DNA of 64,000 bases from Deltaproteobacteria bacterium (GTDB lineage Bacteria; Desulfobacterota; Syntrophia; Syntrophales; Smithellaceae). The stretch is taken from contig JANYAY010000064.1 in the NCBI GenBank assembly GCA_025361065.1, forward strand, positions 40,086-104,085, written 5' to 3'. Below the pieces are notes generated by a model. That model was given only the letters and a program-made list of their open reading frames with translations, did no database searches and had not been told where the DNA came from. Numbering within the stretch: the stretch's first letter is position 1; each line of letters starts with the position of its first letter. Shown in pieces: positions 39,406-48,031 of this stretch. The position numbers and the translations under genes were made by a program.

Positions 39406-40716
39406 ATGATGCACTCTCCAATCTATGATTTTACCATATCTGATTTAGGCGAAAGAAAAATTGTCTCGCCGTTGAATATTGCCAATCTCCAGTCCGACGA
39501 TAAACGTTTGTTATTTGATTGTCATCTCGATAGTTATGACGAAACAAAAGATCGGCAAGGTCGGCCTCTTTCTATCGAATTGGCCGGTCCCAGCAGGAAT
39601 ATTTTTTTTGATCCGAGCCTCACCAAAGCGGCTATTGTTACCTGTGGCGGACTTTGTCCCGGCATTAATGATGTTATTCGATCAATCACCATGGAACTGT
39701 TTTATCGCTATGGCGTAAAAGACATTACCGGCATTAAATATGGCTTTCGAGGGTTAATTCCGGAATATGGACTAGAAACAGTCCAGCTTTTGCCGGAAAT
39801 AGTTAAAGATATAACCAGTATCGGCGGCAGCATTCTTTCTTGTTCACGAGGACATCAGGATATTGACAAGATAATAAAATCTCTCTCTAATTCCCGGATA
39901 GATATTCTTTTTTGTATCGGAGGCGACGGCACTATGCGGGCTATGCAACAAATAACAGCCGGAATAATGAAACTGGGTTTGAAAATTGCTGTTGTCGGTA
40001 TTCCAAAAACAATTGATAATGATCTTGATCTGATCCAAAAATCATTCGGTTTTGATACGGCAATCGCCCAAACGGTTCACGCTATCCGTTGCGCTCATGT
40101 TGAAGCCAAAGGTGCTGTAAACGGCATAGGTTTGATTAAGATAATGGGAAGACTCTCCGGGCATATTGCGGCTAATGCCGCACTTGCTCAAAATGATACG
40201 AATTTTGTTTTAATCCCCGAAGTTCCTTTTACTCTCGAAGGGAAAAACGGATTTCTCATATCCCTGGAAAAGCGTATCAAATCCAGTGGCCATGCCGTTG
40301 TTCTGGTTGCGGAAGGTGCGGGGCAGGATCTTATGCGCAGGATTGATGATCCGGTCGAAACCGATCCTTCGGGGAATCTTCGTTTATATGATATTGGTAT
40401 TTTTCTGAAAAATAAAATCGAAAATTATTTTCAAAGAATTAATCGGGAAATTAATTTAAAATATATAGAACCAAGTTATATGATTCGTTCCGTTCCGGCC
40501 AATGCATCGGACAGTATTTATTGCAGCTCCCTGGGACAATATGCAGTTCATGCTGCCATGGCCGGTAAAACAGGTCTTTTAGTCGCTCTCCTGAAGGATG
40601 AATATGTTCACCTGCCTTTGAATGCCGCTGTCTCCCGCCGTAAAATAGACCCGCAGGGAGACTTATGGTTGCGTGTTTTGGAGGCAACAGGTCAGCCACC
40701 TGTAATGAAAGATTAA
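39406..40716 (+). CDS. 6-phosphofructokinase (long-form PFK; GGDG motif suggests ATP-dependent)
   Basis: TCGGLCPGINDVIR, IGGDGTMR and PKTIDNDL motifs in 436 aa. Confidence 0.85.
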   Translation: MMHSPIYDFTISDLGERKIVSPLNIANLQSDDKRLLFDCHLDSYDETKDRQGRPLSIELAGPSRNIFFDPSLTKAAIVTCGGLCPGINDVIRSITMELFYRYGVKDITGIKYGFRGLIPEYGLETVQLLPEIVKDITSIGGSILSCSRGHQDIDKIIKSLSNSRIDILFCIGGDGTMRAMQQITAGIMKLGLKIAVVGIPKTIDNDLDLIQKSFGFDTAIAQTVHAIRCAHVEAKGAVNGIGLIKIMGRLSGHIAANAALAQNDTNFVLIPEVPFTLEGKNGFLISLEKRIKSSGHAVVLVAEGAGQDLMRRIDDPVETDPSGNLRLYDIGIFLKNKIENYFQRINREINLKYIEPSYMIRSVPANASDSIYCSSLGQYAVHAAMAGKTGLLVALLKDEYVHLPLNAAVSRRKIDPQGDLWLRVLEATGQPPVMKD

Positions 40717-40791
40717 TTATACCAAAAAAATGCTTGCATTATAACGTCTTATAGTTTAGTAACGACGCACATTTTCTAGGAGGATTTTTTC

Positions 40792-40989
40792 ATGTCTCGT
40801 GTTTGTGAAGTATGCGGCAAAAAACCATCAATCGGCAATAGTGTTAGCCATGCTAATAATAAAACCAAAACGTCGTGGTACCCCAATTTGCAAAAATTGC
40901 GTTGTGTTGATGATAAATCGGGAGCAGTAAAGAGAGTTAAAGTATGTACGCGTTGCATCCGTTCGGGCTTTGTGAAAAAGGCTATGTAA
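40792..40989 (+). CDS. rpmB: 50S ribosomal protein L28
   Basis: [35 protein letters not shown] in 65 aa, with a GGAGG Shine-Dalgarno upstream. Confidence 0.92.
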   Translation: MSRVCEVCGKKPSIGNSVSHANNKTKTSWYPNLQKLRCVDDKSGAVKRVKVCTRCIRSGFVKKAM

Positions 40990-41776
40990 CTGGAGGTAAC
41001 CAGCCGTATTTTTTTACAGCTTCAGCAGTTTCCCTAAGAAATGTTTCATTATCATCGAGTAATTCCCTTGCTTGAAGAAATATGTTTTTAATACCGGCAA
41101 GATACAATTGTTCATCACCCGGAAGGCCGAATTTGTATGCATAAAGACGAGTTCTGCCTTCAATATTCATGGTTTTCCGTATTTTTTCATAAGTCATGTA
41201 AGACTGAGCTTTTTGCATCACTTCCCGAATTTCCACTTTGCCCAGACCATACAGCCAGTTGATTGTGGTTACAAACTCATCCATTTTCTCCTCTACTGTA
41301 GTATGAATAGCCTCAGTTAATAACGCAATTGATTGATTTTTGTTAATATGATCGATAATTGCCAGATCGTAAGTCATTTCCACAATTAAATGAGAGCGGT
41401 AAGCCGCTTCGTTATAAGATATTTCCTGATTAATTTTCTTTTGAAAATCCAAAATCGAATTAATTAATGGTTTGCCCTTAATATAAGAATAACCTTGGGA
41501 ATCCGGGTCAAACTCATCAGGAATACCGGGACTGATTTCGCCATAGTGGGCCAGATCATCAACCAGCAGATGGAACATTATATAGGCGGCTTTCGGATAA
41601 AGGGACGGAATTTGGAGCAGTCTTTTAATTTTATGGGTTTGTTGAGAATTGATATCCGGATTTATAGTCAGCAAATCAGGCACTATGTTATAAACGAAAA
41701 TATCTAAATTATTATTTTTGATACCCGCCATACCCAGGTAATTCTGTAAAATAAAAGTATGGGTAAGCATGAGCAT
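40982..41776 (-). CDS. hypothetical protein (His/Asp-rich, possibly a metal-dependent hydrolase)
   Basis: A 264-aa ORF with no motif I can assign. H/D clusters are present ([15 protein letters not shown]). Its 3-prime end overlaps rpmB by 8 nt, convergently. Confidence 0.5.
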   Translation of the reverse strand: MLMLTHTFILQNYLGMAGIKNNNLDIFVYNIVPDLLTINPDINSQQTHKIKRLLQIPSLYPKAAYIMFHLLVDDLAHYGEISPGIPDEFDPDSQGYSYIKGKPLINSILDFQKKINQEISYNEAAYRSHLIVEMTYDLAIIDHINKNQSIALLTEAIHTTVEEKMDEFVTTINWLYGLGKVEIREVMQKAQSYMTYEKIRKTMNIEGRTRLYAYKFGLPGDEQLYLAGIKNIFLQARELLDDNETFLRETAEAVKKYGWLPPVT

Positions 41777-41781
41777 AAGAT

Positions 41782-42018
41782 TTAGCCTTTATTCACTTTG
41801 TAATATTCAATTTCTTCCAGGTGATATTTGTTCTTCAGACTTTCCAAAACATTGAGTATTTCTTGAATAAAATCCGGCATAATAGCAACTTGAATGATTG
41901 CCGAATGAGGATCCATAGTTGTTACTGTCGCCATTCCATCATACGCTTCGATAATAAATTGCACCAGGGCAATGTTCTTTCGTCTTAATTTAAACCATTT
42001 TAAAATCATAATGTACAT
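41782..42018 (-). CDS. DUF4911-like small protein
   Basis: LRRKNIALVQFIIEAYDGMATVTT...AIIQV resembles the DUF4911 family as I recall it. The start codon is uncertain (Met 1 or Met 4). Confidence 0.55.
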   Translation of the reverse strand: MYIMILKWFKLRRKNIALVQFIIEAYDGMATVTTMDPHSAIIQVAIMPDFIQEILNVLESLKNKYHLEEIEYYKVNKG

Positions 42019-42175
42019 TTATCATTTATCATTTTAAAGATCAAGAACCACAGGTTAATCAACGGATTTACATAAAAATAAAAATGTTATTAAAACAATA
42101 TCTTTGAAAAGGCATAATGAAAACTTGACATCGAGATTAACCTTGATATGATTACCGACAAAAAAAGAATGAATA

Positions 42176-43915
42176 ATGACAACACCAAAACCTCTGCCCG
42201 CTACACAATGGAAAATTAAGAACACTCTTAATAAAGATATAGAAAATTCATTGAGCAATGAATTCAATATTCACCCGATTATCTCTCAAATACTTGCCAA
42301 TCGGGAGTTTATGGACTTAGAAGATGTTCGCCGTTATCTTCAGCCTTCGCTCAATGACTTGTATAGCCCTTTTTTAATGAAAGATATGAAAGCAGGTATT
42401 TCACGCCTGCTTAAAGCCATCTATGATCATGAAAAAATTGTAATATATGGTGATTATGATGCTGATGGCATAACTTCCGTAGTCATTCTTTTTAAATTCA
42501 TTAAAGAAATATCCCCCGATGTTACTTACTATATTCCCGACAGAATCGAGGAAGGTTACGGCTTAAAAAATCCGGCCATTGACAAATTTAAAAGCAACGA
42601 TATCCGGTTGATTATTACTGTTGATTGCGGAATTTCCGACCATGAACAAATTGCCTATGCCCGGTCTCTGGGCATAGACACGATTGTTTTAGACCATCAT
42701 GCCATATCCGGTGCTTTGCCACCAGCCGCTGCCAACATCAATCCCAAGCGGGAAGACTGTTCCTTTCCCTTCAAAGAACTTGCCGGAGTCGGTATAGCTT
42801 ATAATTTCCTGATTGCTTTACGCGGCAGCCTGCGTAAAGAAGGTTTCTGGAAAAATGATGATTATCCTAATTTAAAAGAATATTTGGACGTTGTCGCACT
42901 GGGAACTATTGGTGACATTGCGCCACTGATAGATGAGAACAGGATTTTTGCCAAAATCGGCTTAGAATTAATTACCGAAGGAAAGCGACCGGGAATAAAA
43001 GCACTCAAGGAAATAAGTGGCATCGACGGTCAGATTATTGATTCTTTCAAAGCGTCTTTCTGTCTTATTCCGCGTATAAATGCTGCAGGACGCATTGCTT
43101 CGCCTCTTGATGCGGTGGCCTTACTTTTGACGGAAGACATGGAAGAGGCCAGAATGCTCGCGGCTAAGCTTGATACTTACAACCGCCGGCGGCAATCTAT
43201 GGAAAAAATAATACTGCAGGAAATACTGGCAAAAATAAGCAATAATCCGGATTTTGAGAAAATGAATGCTCTGGTTTTTGCCTCCGATAAGTGGCATCCG
43301 GGGGTTGTCGGTATTGTTGCCTCCCGTCTGGTTGATCTTTTCAGCCGTCCGGCTTTTGTTATCAGTCTGAAAGATGGTATAGGCAAAGGATCCGGCCGCA
43401 GTATCGCTGATTTTAATATTTATAAGGGAATTCAGCAGTGTGCTTCACTATTGCTTTCCTATGGCGGACATAATCATGCTGCCGGTATTTCCATCAAGGA
43501 AGGCGATGTCGCCGAATTTACCATTCTGTTGGATGAAATAATCCGTGACAGCGGTCAATTCTCGGAGCTGGTGTCTCAAACAATTATCGATTCCGAATGC
43601 CAGCTCAAAGACATCAACTTGAGTTTTATAAATCAGATGCAAATGCTGGCGCCTTTTGGCAGCATGAATCCCGAACCGGTTTTGTGTGCTCGTAACATTA
43701 AAGTTTCGTCGCCGACAATTGTCGGCAATAATCACTTAAAAATGTGTCTTACCAGTAACGGCATGTCCTGCAACTCCATTTGGTTTACTATGGGACGCTA
43801 TCTTAAGGCAGTTGCCGGCGCTAATCTTGATATTGTTTTTACTCCGCAAATTAACCAGTGGAATGGTGCTTCTGATATTCAACTAAAGATGAGGGATGTG
43901 ACAATTCTTTCTTGA
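42176..43915 (+). CDS. recJ: single-stranded-DNA-specific exonuclease RecJ
   Basis: DHH motifs (GDYDADGITS, TVDCG, VLDHH), the DHHA1 motif GGHNHAAG and a C-terminal OB domain. It is 579 aa. Confidence 0.92.
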   Translation: MTTPKPLPATQWKIKNTLNKDIENSLSNEFNIHPIISQILANREFMDLEDVRRYLQPSLNDLYSPFLMKDMKAGISRLLKAIYDHEKIVIYGDYDADGITSVVILFKFIKEISPDVTYYIPDRIEEGYGLKNPAIDKFKSNDIRLIITVDCGISDHEQIAYARSLGIDTIVLDHHAISGALPPAAANINPKREDCSFPFKELAGVGIAYNFLIALRGSLRKEGFWKNDDYPNLKEYLDVVALGTIGDIAPLIDENRIFAKIGLELITEGKRPGIKALKEISGIDGQIIDSFKASFCLIPRINAAGRIASPLDAVALLLTEDMEEARMLAAKLDTYNRRRQSMEKIILQEILAKISNNPDFEKMNALVFASDKWHPGVVGIVASRLVDLFSRPAFVISLKDGIGKGSGRSIADFNIYKGIQQCASLLLSYGGHNHAAGISIKEGDVAEFTILLDEIIRDSGQFSELVSQTIIDSECQLKDINLSFINQMQMLAPFGSMNPEPVLCARNIKVSSPTIVGNNHLKMCLTSNGMSCNSIWFTMGRYLKAVAGANLDIVFTPQINQWNGASDIQLKMRDVTILS

Positions 43916-44003
43916 CGGCTTCGTAAAAAGTCCCGGACACACCCAGGCATAATCCGGGGAGGAATATGCGAAGCTTATCTTTTAATGCAAGGAGGAATGA
44001 TAC

Positions 44004-44375
44004 ATGAATTTGGCCACCAAAGCAGCGTTATACAATGCCTTGCTCTTTCCCGGCTGGGGGCATCTTTATTTAAAAGAATATAAACGCGGAATTATATTTA
44101 TCCTGCCCGTTGGGGCAGGAATGTTGTCGATTTGCTGGGCCATAATTCAAGTTGCGATCAGAATTACAAAGGCGAATCCTTTTAAAAAAGGCACGATAGA
44201 TATAACGACCGTTTTCCGGATATCAATAGATTCAGTAAAGGCACTATATGAACAAGGGGTTGCAACCCCTTGTTCTATTCTGTTAATCCCGCTGCTGATT
44301 ATTCTTTTGTGGATATTATCAGTAATAGATGCCTATGGGCTCGGCAAAAAGCAAATGCGAAAATGCCATTCCTAA
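44004..44375 (+). CDS. small integral membrane protein, function unknown
   Basis: 123 aa with about three hydrophobic segments. No family is assignable by eye. Confidence 0.5.
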   Translation: MNLATKAALYNALLFPGWGHLYLKEYKRGIIFILPVGAGMLSICWAIIQVAIRITKANPFKKGTIDITTVFRISIDSVKALYEQGVATPCSILLIPLLIILLWILSVIDAYGLGKKQMRKCHS

Positions 44376-44401
44376 ATCAAAGATGATACCGGGGAAACAG
44401 C

Positions 44402-44487
44402 TTTGGAGTGCGAAGCCTCAGCTTCGCTTTGAAAATCTATGGTTAGACACCGGAAATAAAAGCGGCGTCAAGCCGCCGCACTCCAAA
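44402..44487. repeat. GC-rich compound palindromic element between convergent genes
   Basis: A perfect 11-bp outer stem, TTTGGAGTGCG (44402-44412) with CGCACTCCAAA (44477-44487). It encloses hairpins GCGAAGC-CTCA-GCTTCGC and GCGGC-GTCAA-GCCGC. Confidence 0.6.
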
Positions 44488-44500
44488 ATTAATATTAGAC

Positions 44501-45754
44501 TTACCATTTACGCAGATCAACTATCAGCTTCTCTTCCGATTTAATTGTGCCGGCAGCTACATATTCTATTTGATCAATTTTCACTGTGCAGATTTCCCGG
44601 AAGTAATTTTTAAAGGCTGTTTCCCATTGTGTGTCATCCGTTTCCTTGTTGATTTTTTCAATGCGCAGTTTTAATATATCTCCATGGCCGACTCTGGTGA
44701 CTATTGCCTGCATTGGCAAATTGTTAAATTTCATTTGAATCATCTTAATCTGGCTGGGTGCTAAAAACATGCCCCGTACTTTTACGGCATCACCTACCCT
44801 GCCCGCAATTCCGGCCAACCGATAGGAAGTGCGTCCGCAGGCACAAGACTCAGTAATGAGGCGCGATAAATCACCGGTGCCAAAACGGAACAAAAAGAAA
44901 ATGTCATTGAGGCGGGTTACAACAATTTCACCGAGCTCACCTGGCGCAACATTGCGGCCGGTTTCCGGATCAACTATTTCCACAATAGTTTCTTCGCAGA
45001 TATGCCAGCCCTTTTTCTCGCTGCATTCGTAGGCAACGTCTCCTACTTCTGTGGCTCCGTACATTTGATAGGTATCAATGCCGTATTCTTCTTCAAACTT
45101 ACGGCGCAAATCCGGAAACAGTGGTTCAGCCGCAAAACATGCTTTTTTCACATCAAAATCTTTCTGGAAATCAAAGCCCAACTCTTGAGCTTTGCTGATA
45201 ATAGACATCAGAAAACTGGGTGTGCCGGTGTAAGCGGTTACCTTTAAATCTTTAATCAATTGTACCTGTATCTGGGATGAAGAAGCCCCTGAAGGAACTA
45301 CCGTGGCGCCGACTTTGCGCAAACCGTTGTGGAAAGTAAGACCTGCCGCCACCAGGTGATACGAAAAAGCGCAAAGGGCGATATCATGGTGACCAATGCC
45401 TGCGGCATGATAGGCCCTTGCCCAGAGATAATCCGTCTCGGAAAGATGCGGCTCGTAAACCGGGCCGGGCGATGTAAAAATCCGATCAATTTTTATGTCC
45501 GGATTTTCCAAACCGGCAAAAGGAGGTTGTTGCATTTCCATTTCCACCAGCTTTTCCCGGGAGGTAACCGGCAGCACTTCCAAATCTTCCCTCGATTTTA
45601 TATTGAGTGGATTGATTTTGTTCATGTCGAATATTTGCTTTATCCGCGCTGATTTTTCATAACCCAGCTTCACCATAGCGGTCAGATTTTCATCCTGCTT
45701 TGCTTTTCTTTCTTCTCTTGTCCACGATTCTTTATCATCAAATAAGCGGCTCAT
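44501..45754 (-). CDS. phenylacetate-CoA ligase family (PaaK / F390-synthetase-like) adenylating enzyme
   Basis: 417 aa with TGTPSFL, YGATE, GELGEIVVT and FRFGTGD motifs, typical of the short ANL/PaaK family. Confidence 0.8.
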   Translation of the reverse strand: MSRLFDDKESWTREERKAKQDENLTAMVKLGYEKSARIKQIFDMNKINPLNIKSREDLEVLPVTSREKLVEMEMQQPPFAGLENPDIKIDRIFTSPGPVYEPHLSETDYLWARAYHAAGIGHHDIALCAFSYHLVAAGLTFHNGLRKVGATVVPSGASSSQIQVQLIKDLKVTAYTGTPSFLMSIISKAQELGFDFQKDFDVKKACFAAEPLFPDLRRKFEEEYGIDTYQMYGATEVGDVAYECSEKKGWHICEETIVEIVDPETGRNVAPGELGEIVVTRLNDIFFLFRFGTGDLSRLITESCACGRTSYRLAGIAGRVGDAVKVRGMFLAPSQIKMIQMKFNNLPMQAIVTRVGHGDILKLRIEKINKETDDTQWETAFKNYFREICTVKIDQIEYVAAGTIKSEEKLIVDLRKW

Positions 45755-45868
45755 ATTTCCTCTTCGTCCTTATAGTAATTAATTATTATATCTCCTAAAT
45801 ACTCTCTGAGACAAACTCAGTGGCTCACGAAGTGGCCACTGAAGCGACATGTTAAAAAATACTGTCCA

Positions 45869-46774
45869 TTAGAATGGAACATCGCCTTCTGCTTCTGATG
45901 CAACTTCATGTAACAGAATAATTTGTGAAGCTGCAATTGACAGTGTATATTCAGCTATGTGTTTAGTTGCCTTACCACCATCAGCTCCTCCATGACTTAC
46001 ACCATCACCCGCATTACGGTATGCATAAAGACCAGAGATAGTATCAGCTAGCGGTTTTGGTAATTGACCTTCCTGAGTCCCTTTGATGTTATTAATAACT
46101 TCCCCGAGGGTTTTTGCCTTTGTTTGAGGAAACAGATTTCGAGCAGCAGCCTCTACAGCACAAACAGCCTCCTTCACAGTATTTTCGAAGTCAGGTTTAG
46201 TTGGATGCTCAAAGTAAGCAAGAGCTTTTGCGTAGTGTTTTCTGGCACTATCGAGACGAGGATCTCCAAGTGTTGGTTCTGCCTTTGCAATTGCGTTTTT
46301 AGTATGACTCCTTCCTCTTCGTCGTACCTCTCCTTCCGTAAACAAATAGGAAAGATTCTCTTCGAGAAAAATCCTCTGCAATTCTTTAGCAATATAGCAT
46401 TGCACTTCTTCTCGAGGAGTCTTGATTTCCCAATCGTTGGCATAACCATCCCAAAATCGAATGTCTGAAGCTAAATGTGAATAAAGCCGTTCACAAACGT
46501 CAAATACCTTTTCCCACGAAAGTATTTGTAGAATATTTTCCGCGGACACACGAGCCTCATTGATAGATACCACTTTTTCACGATTATATATTAGCGGTTG
46601 TTCTCTGGCAATTCGGCGTACTTCTTTGTCGATATCAATCCATCCTTTTATGTACTCTCTGTCTATCAAGTCGTGAAGCAAGTGATTAAGAGCAGTGCGG
46701 GCAGTACTTGGAAAATCATCCTGGACCCACTGTGACCCTATTATACGCCGACTAAAAGGAGGTTTAGCATTCAT
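45869..46774 (-). CDS. uncharacterised protein, possibly an Abi/HEPN-like defence protein
   Basis: 301 aa. The N-terminus PFSRR...W.QDDFP...ALNHLLHDL resembles AbiJ N-terminal domains as I recall them. The C-terminal helical region ends in LYAYRNAGDGVSHGG (R253...H261). The assignment is unverified. Confidence 0.35.
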   Translation of the reverse strand: MNAKPPFSRRIIGSQWVQDDFPSTARTALNHLLHDLIDREYIKGWIDIDKEVRRIAREQPLIYNREKVVSINEARVSAENILQILSWEKVFDVCERLYSHLASDIRFWDGYANDWEIKTPREEVQCYIAKELQRIFLEENLSYLFTEGEVRRRGRSHTKNAIAKAEPTLGDPRLDSARKHYAKALAYFEHPTKPDFENTVKEAVCAVEAAARNLFPQTKAKTLGEVINNIKGTQEGQLPKPLADTISGLYAYRNAGDGVSHGGADGGKATKHIAEYTLSIAASQIILLHEVASEAEGDVPF

Positions 46775-46895
46775 CTCATTTTCCTTTCAATTATACGCAA
46801 ACAATTAATATACTATATGCTGGTTCAATCGTCCTTCGATTGAGCCGTAATAATATTCGTAACCATATGAATATTTATAAATATTGCTGATATTT

Positions 46896-47189
46896 CTATT
46901 CTATCCTATTTCTTATCCATGCTGGATTCCGGCGACAATCAAGAACCGCATATACAAAGACTATATTATTTTCTACCCGATAGTAAATGGCAAAAGGGAA
47001 TCTTTTAGATAATGCCCGGTTATATTTATTTAAGTAAATTGGGTGAATCCCGCCATTGATAGCCAATGAATCAATATCAGAATAAAGTGAATCTAAGAAA
47101 TATGCACCAAGACCTTCTGATTGTTTTTCATAAAATCGATACCCTTCAATCAAGTCTTGGCTTGCAGATGTAAGTATTTTAATTTTCAT
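46896..47189 (-). CDS. type II toxin, RelE/ParE superfamily
   Basis: 97 aa. It shows the ParE-like pattern ASQDLIEGYRFYE...FPFAIYYRVENNIVFVYAVLDCRRNP. It overlaps the upstream antitoxin by 4 nt. Confidence 0.8.
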   Translation of the reverse strand: MKIKILTSASQDLIEGYRFYEKQSEGLGAYFLDSLYSDIDSLAINGGIHPIYLNKYNRALSKRFPFAIYYRVENNIVFVYAVLDCRRNPAWIRNRIE

Positions 47190-47404
47190 GTAAGAGAGTT
47201 TTCTATTTTTTTCTTAGCATCTTTCCAATCAACAAAAACATCTTTCCCATCACTAATTCCAGTTTCTCTCTCTTGCAAGAGCTTCTCGTGCCAAGGTGGA
47301 GATAATATGCTATCTGCTTTTTTACATAAGTCATCCCAAATTTTTTCCATTGTTTGTATTTTTTCTTCGATTGACATTTTATCTACAGACAAAGCAATTA
47401 CCAT
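47186..47404 (-). CDS. putative addiction-module antitoxin component
   Basis: 72 aa. MSIEEKIQTMEKIWDDL...SPPWHEKLLQERE resembles the addiction-module-component family. It has an AAGGAGA Shine-Dalgarno and is translationally coupled to the ParE-like toxin. Confidence 0.7.
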   Translation of the reverse strand: MVIALSVDKMSIEEKIQTMEKIWDDLCKKADSILSPPWHEKLLQERETGISDGKDVFVDWKDAKKKIENSLT

Positions 47405-47436
47405 TCGGCATCTCCTTTCTGTCTATATTTTTAAAA

Positions 47437-47670
47437 TCATGATGCTTTTCTTAGTCTTTCCGCCACGAACACTTTAATGATGGACTGACGAGGCACACCG
47501 AGACGTTTTGCCTCTTTGTCCAACTCGTGAATCATCCACAGCGGAAAATCAACATTCACTCTTTTCTGTTCCTGCTCCGGCCTGTGCGCTTTGGAAACGT
47601 CAAGATATTTTGTAATATCTTCGCCCTCATCAAATTTTTTATCCAATTCCTTAGCCTTCATATATATCAA
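47437..47670 (-). CDS. BrnA-type / CopG-like antitoxin
   Basis: 77 aa. It has KRVNVDFPLWMIHELDKEAKRLGVPRQSIIKVFVAERL, a ribbon-helix-helix C-terminus. It overlaps the upstream BrnT-like ORF. Confidence 0.75.
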   Translation of the reverse strand: MIYMKAKELDKKFDEGEDITKYLDVSKAHRPEQEQKRVNVDFPLWMIHELDKEAKRLGVPRQSIIKVFVAERLRKAS

Positions 47671-47911
47671 TCTCCTCTTTTCTGGACCGTCGGACTGAGA
47701 TGATTCTCACTTTTTCGTCCTGGTGAGTTATAATACCTGACCAGTGCTTATCTGCAATTTTGCCAATAACCAGAAATCTTGCCTCATCACTTGCTTTAGC
47801 TGGAATTATAATATAATCAGGATCATCCAACAGCGTTTGCGCTTCGAGAAAGCTGATCCCATGCTTCTTTCTATTATTCTCGCTTTTTCGGAAATCATAC
47901 TCAAATATCAT
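47651..47911 (-). CDS. BrnT-family (DUF497) toxin
   Basis: The Met at 47911 gives MIFEYDFRKSENNRKKHGISFLEAQTLLDDP...RIISVRRSRKEE. The upstream 31 codons of the ORF look non-coding. Confidence 0.8.
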   Translation of the reverse strand: MIFEYDFRKSENNRKKHGISFLEAQTLLDDPDYIIIPAKASDEARFLVIGKIADKHWSGIITHQDEKVRIISVRRSRKEEIDIYEG

Positions 47912-47918
47912 GGTATAT

Positions 47919-47947
47919 ATATTATACCTTTTACATGCTAATGGCAA
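47919..47947 (-). promoter_or_regulatory. sigma70-like promoter (TTGCCA-17 nt-TAATAT) abutting the brnT start codon
   Basis: On the minus strand, TTGCCA lies at 47947-47942 and TAATAT at 47924-47919. The ATG is at 47911 with no Shine-Dalgarno in between. Confidence 0.4.
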
Positions 47948-48031
47948 ATATTGTTTTCGATATATTTTTTGATTTTTATTTGGGCAACAGGCCGCAAAGA
48001 TCACAAGGCCGTGTGCGAAAAGTATTTCGGT

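Noticed and set aside
42055-42267. 70-aa minus-strand ORF upstream of and overlapping the recJ start
   Set aside because: It is a hydrophobic, low-complexity translation of AT-rich promoter DNA and overlaps the well-supported recJ start.
44329-44544. 71-aa plus-strand ORF spanning the GC-rich palindrome
   Set aside because: Its reading frame is generated by the palindromic repeat (SAKPQLRF...GVKPPHSK), and it overlaps two better-supported genes at both ends.
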